DNA of 64,000 bases from an uncultured Spirochaetota bacterium (GTDB lineage Bacteria; Spirochaetota; Spirochaetia; SZUA-6; Fen-1364), in contig CAWAHW010000001.1 of assembly GCA_963781885.1 (NCBI GenBank), positions 512,001-576,000 of the forward strand, written 5' to 3'. Shown here one piece after another: positions 60,914-64,000 of the stretch. The notes beneath the pieces are model-generated. The model made no database searches and was not told the DNA's origin. It was given only the letters and a program-made list of their open reading frames with translations. A program made the position numbers and the translations under genes. How positions within the stretch are numbered: the stretch's first letter is position 1; each line of letters opens with the position of its first letter.

Positions 60914-60935
60914 GCCGCGATGGACATTCGCTCTT

Positions 60936-60965
60936 GCTCGGGGCTCACTCAGCCGGGCCCCGAGC
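60936..60965. terminator. Stem-loop after the lipoprotein gene
   Basis: gctcggggc / gccccgagc inverted repeat. Confidence 0.45.
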
Positions 60966-61023
60966 CTATGCGGGGTGACCCTGCGCCCACAGTTTGAACG
61001 AATAGAAGCGCTGCAATGTCACG

Positions 61024-61051
61024 AAAAACGGACCGGCCACGGCCGGTCCGT
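61024..61051 (-). terminator. Rho-independent terminator for the minus-strand lipoprotein pair
   Basis: acggaccggc-cacg-gccggtccgt hairpin followed by a T-run on the minus strand. Confidence 0.7.
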
Positions 61052-61070
61052 CATGGAAAACATGAGATTG

Positions 61071-61916
61071 CTAATTGCGTGCGAGGTGTCTGGCAGCCAT
61101 CACATCGGTCATGAGAAGGTAGGAACCATCACTTGCAACGCTGAATGTCCTGCTGCTTCCCGAGTTATTGTATAGCGTGGAAGTGCCTGCGGTGAAAGTA
61201 GTCCCCGAGGTCCATGTGTACGGAGTATTCACGTATTGCAGGTAATTATAGGTGAGGGTTTTCCCCTTGGCACTGTCGAGGCTCGTCACACTGTTCGGCA
61301 CGATCGCGCTCACCGTGTAGACACTGTTGGACTTGCTGCCATTGGTTGCCGTGCCAGTTGCGTCGTAGCTTACAGATTCCGAGGTGTACGTGACAGTCGA
61401 GAAATCGGGAGCGATGACAATAGTCCAGGTATACGTGTTTGACGTACCATCCCAGTAGGTTGTGTTTTGACTTTCAACGTAATTGCCGCCGCTTCCCGGG
61501 AGAGCTTCATACTCGTTGGAAGAACCGAATACTTCAGTGTATGAATATGTCCTGGTGGAAGTGGATGGCGAGCTGAGCATGACGTAGCTTCCACCAATGC
61601 CGCCATTCCATATCTGGGTGTAGGTGATCGTCATCATTCGCGTGCCGGTGTTGTAGGAGTACGTGCCTTTGTCGCCACCGGATTGCTCCCACGTGGAACT
61701 TGTGGCATCCCAACTCTTACTGATGTCTTCGTATGTGCCATCGGCCGCGTATGTCTCCGTATAGGAGCCATAAAAGGTATACGTCACATCCTTTGTCATG
61801 TGCCCATTGCTGTCAAAAGCAACCTCAGTATCGCTGTATGACCAGATCGGGCTGCACGCCGTCAGAAGCAACGCCCCAGCGGCCATCGCGATCAGAAGGA
61901 AGATGAGTTTCTTCAT
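61071..61916 (-). CDS. Thr/Ser/Tyr-rich lipoprotein, paralog A
   Basis: AAGGAG RBS; MKKLIFLL..LLLTA-C lipobox. Confidence 0.85.
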   Translation of the reverse strand: MKKLIFLLIAMAAGALLLTACSPIWSYSDTEVAFDSNGHMTKDVTYTFYGSYTETYAADGTYEDISKSWDATSSTWEQSGGDKGTYSYNTGTRMMTITYTQIWNGGIGGSYVMLSSPSTSTRTYSYTEVFGSSNEYEALPGSGGNYVESQNTTYWDGTSNTYTWTIVIAPDFSTVTYTSESVSYDATGTATNGSKSNSVYTVSAIVPNSVTSLDSAKGKTLTYNYLQYVNTPYTWTSGTTFTAGTSTLYNNSGSSRTFSVASDGSYLLMTDVMAARHLARN

Positions 61917-61985
61917 GCCGACTCTCCTTGAATATTTACCAAAAGCATTTTTACGGGCTCTCACGTTGCCGGGACAACGGAGAGG

Positions 61986-62828
61986 CTATTTGATTCCAAG
62001 GTGCTTCGGCACATTCATATTGGGATAGACGATGTAGGAACCGTCGCTTGCAATGCTAAATGTGTCGCTTTCCGAGTTATTGTATGTCGTGGAAGCGCCT
62101 GCGGTGAAGTCAGTCCCCGAGGTCCATGTGGACGGAGTGTCGACGTAACTCAGGTAATTATAGGTAAGGGTTTTCCCCTTGGCACTGTCGAGGCTCGTCA
62201 CTCCGCTTGGGAAGATCGCGCTCACCGTGTAGACGTCGCTGGACTTGCTGCCACCGTTTGGCGCGCCAGATGCGTCGTAGCTTACAGATTCCGAGGTGTA
62301 CGTGACAGTCGAGAAATCGGAGGGGATGACAATGGTCCAGGTATATGTGTTTGACGTACCATTCCAATAGGTCCTGTTTTGACTTTCAATGTAGTTGCCG
62401 CCGCTCCCGGGGAGAGCTTCATACTTGTTGGAGGAACTGAATACTTCAGTGTATGAATATGTCTTGCGGGAAGTGGACAATGAGGTGAGCGTGACGTAGC
62501 TTCCACCAATGCCGCCATTCCATATCTGGGTGTAGGTGATCGTCATCATTCGTGTGCCGGTATTGTAGGAGTACGTGCCTTTGTCGCCACCGGATTGCTC
62601 CCACGCGGAGTCAATGGCATTCCAACTCGTTCTGATGTCTTCATATGTGCCATCGGCCGAGAAAGTCTCCGTGTAAGAGCCACGAACGATATACGTGACA
62701 TCCTTTGTCATGTGCCCATTGCCGTCAAAAGCAACCTCGGTATCGCTGTATGACCAGATCGGACTGCATGCCGTCAGAAGCAACGCCCCTGCCGCCGTCA
62801 CGATCAGAAGGAAGATGAGTTTCTTCAT
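61986..62828 (-). CDS. Thr/Ser/Tyr-rich lipoprotein, paralog B
   Basis: AAGGAG RBS; same lipobox; highly similar to paralog A. Confidence 0.85.
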   Translation of the reverse strand: MKKLIFLLIVTAAGALLLTACSPIWSYSDTEVAFDGNGHMTKDVTYIVRGSYTETFSADGTYEDIRTSWNAIDSAWEQSGGDKGTYSYNTGTRMMTITYTQIWNGGIGGSYVTLTSLSTSRKTYSYTEVFSSSNKYEALPGSGGNYIESQNRTYWNGTSNTYTWTIVIPSDFSTVTYTSESVSYDASGAPNGGSKSSDVYTVSAIFPSGVTSLDSAKGKTLTYNYLSYVDTPSTWTSGTDFTAGASTTYNNSESDTFSIASDGSYIVYPNMNVPKHLGIK

Positions 62829-62902
62829 GCCGCCACTCCTTGAACATTTACCAAAAATCTTTTTGAGAGCTCACTTCGCCGGGACAATGCACGTCCCCGC
62901 GC

Positions 62903-62932
62903 CCATCATATAATGATGGCGCATCATGTCAA
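62903..62932 (-). promoter_or_regulatory. Putative sigma70 promoter with overlapping palindrome
   Basis: Minus strand TTGACA-N16-TATGAT; palindrome CCATCAT-ata-ATGATGG (62903-62919) covers the -10. Confidence 0.6.
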
Positions 62933-64000
62933 CATGGTCCTGGTGTCGCGATCTCTTTCGCCATCTCACGGTAGCGACACAGGCCATTTGCCCACCGCAT
63001 CTGCTCGGGCGTGCTGCATTCCGGCTCCAGGAGGCGGCGCGCCGCCACAAGGATGCATACGCACTGGGCGCGGCTGGTGGCCACGTTCAACCGGTTTGGA
63101 TTGAAGAGGAAACCCATGCCGCGAGGCGCGTCGATGGCGGAGGAGCTTGCCATCGAATAGATGACCACGGGAGCTTCCTGGCCCTGGAACTTGTCCACGG
63201 TTCCCACGCGGAGCGCGGGAAGACGGGCCGAAAGCGCCGCCACCTGCGCGTTGTAGGGCGCCACGACTAGTATGTCGGATGCGTGCAGCCTGCGCGCCGT
63301 GCCGTGCGAATCGGTCCACGTCACGTCGGGTGAGAGAAGGCTCTCCGCAATGGCCGCGATTGCCGCCACCTCCTCCGGAGAGCTGTTCTGATTGCCTTCG
63401 TGGTCCACGGGCACGTAGAAAAGGCCGCTGCCGGCAAAGGGCGTATCACCGTTGATGGCCTGTCGCTCCAGCCCCGCGCGGGAACGGAGCCGGCCTTCGT
63501 AGAAAAGCTCGGAGGTGAACGCGCATATGCGGGGGTGCAGCCTCCAGGTCTCGTCGAGGAAAAGCCCCGCCTCATCGGCAAGCGTCTTCCGCCCCTCCAG
63601 CACGTGCACAAGAGCCGCCACCTCCGCACCTTCGGGATGCGCGCCGCGCTGGGGCTGCTCGAGCTGCTGCGGGTCGCCCAGGAGAACGAGGTTGCGCGCG
63701 GACCTCGCAGCGGCGAGCGCGAACGCCAGCGACATCTGTCCTGCCTCATCGATGAAGAGGTAATCCACCGATTCGATCATGTCGTCCCGGGCCCAGAACC
63801 AGCAGGTTCCGCCGACCACCTTGCCCTGGCCGAGCCCTGCCGCTGCCTTTTCGTTCTTGTCCGTCTCTTCGACGCCCGGCGTCTTTTCCACGCCCCGCTT
63901 GCTCACCTTGTGAATGGCAGCCACGGGCGCACCTGCGGGGGCCGCGCGGACGACCTGCTCCAGGAAGTGCCTGATCACCTTGTGACTGACAGCCGTGACC
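62929..64000 (-). CDS. DNA2/NAM7-like SF1 helicase, C-terminal part (likely TM0106-type nuclease-helicase); 5' end outside window
   Basis: IDEAGQ, LGDPQQL, WRLHP, APYNAQV, TVDKFQGQEA, NRLNVATSRA. Confidence 0.88.
   Translation of the reverse strand, partial: VTAVSHKVIRHFLEQVVRAAPAGAPVAAIHKVSKRGVEKTPGVEETDKNEKAAAGLGQGKVVGGTCWFWARDDMIESVDYLFIDEAGQMSLAFALAAARSARNLVLLGDPQQLEQPQRGAHPEGAEVAALVHVLEGRKTLADEAGLFLDETWRLHPRICAFTSELFYEGRLRSRAGLERQAINGDTPFAGSGLFYVPVDHEGNQNSSPEEVAAIAAIAESLLSPDVTWTDSHGTARRLHASDILVVAPYNAQVAALSARLPALRVGTVDKFQGQEAPVVIYSMASSSAIDAPRGMGFLFNPNRLNVATSRAQCVCILVAARRLLEPECSTPEQMRWANGLCRYREMAKEIATPGPC

Larger units (their letters stand above)
61071..62887 (-). repeat. Tandem duplication of ~0.91 kb (gene plus 5' leader)
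   Basis: Start codons 912 bp apart; leaders (ctccttgaa.atttaccaaaa...gccgggacaa) also duplicated. Confidence 0.9.

Overview
High-GC bacterial chromosomal segment. The many lipoproteins, PEGA/FecR/LVIVD/Ig surface proteins and the MCP type suggest a free-living spirochaete (inference only). Layout: (1) 1-2.6 kb small enzymes; (2) 2.8-22.1 kb cell-surface locus with a giant Ig-repeat lipoprotein (four ~1.03 kb near-identical repeats) converging on a co-oriented run of FecR-PEGA-beta-propeller lipoprotein, two beta-barrel-type proteins, a deleted GH5, a barrel-transglutaminase-TPR protein, an Ig/FN3/LVIVD protein and a small lipoprotein; (3) 25-37 kb defence-like region (SF1 helicase with unusual N-terminus, HicB plus HicA remnant, VapBC, type III R-M mod/res, HigA-like stub); (4) 37-56 kb signalling, transport and metabolic genes, including an ABC-2 exporter/two-component module with its palindromic operator; (5) 56.4-59.4 kb NHEJ operon Ku + stand-alone ATP-dependent ligase + a BRCT-MerR-HTH-TPR protein; (6) an AT-richer lipoprotein islet and a truncated DNA2/NAM7-type helicase. 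About eight single-base frameshifts, several in short homopolymers, are probably sequencing errors and create false ORF fusions and splits. Best candidates for undescribed systems: the NHEJ operon with the BRCT-HTH-TPR partner, and the surface-protein/transglutaminase locus. No rRNA, tRNA, CRISPR array or transposase was recognised. All family calls are by eye from motifs; no database searches were run.
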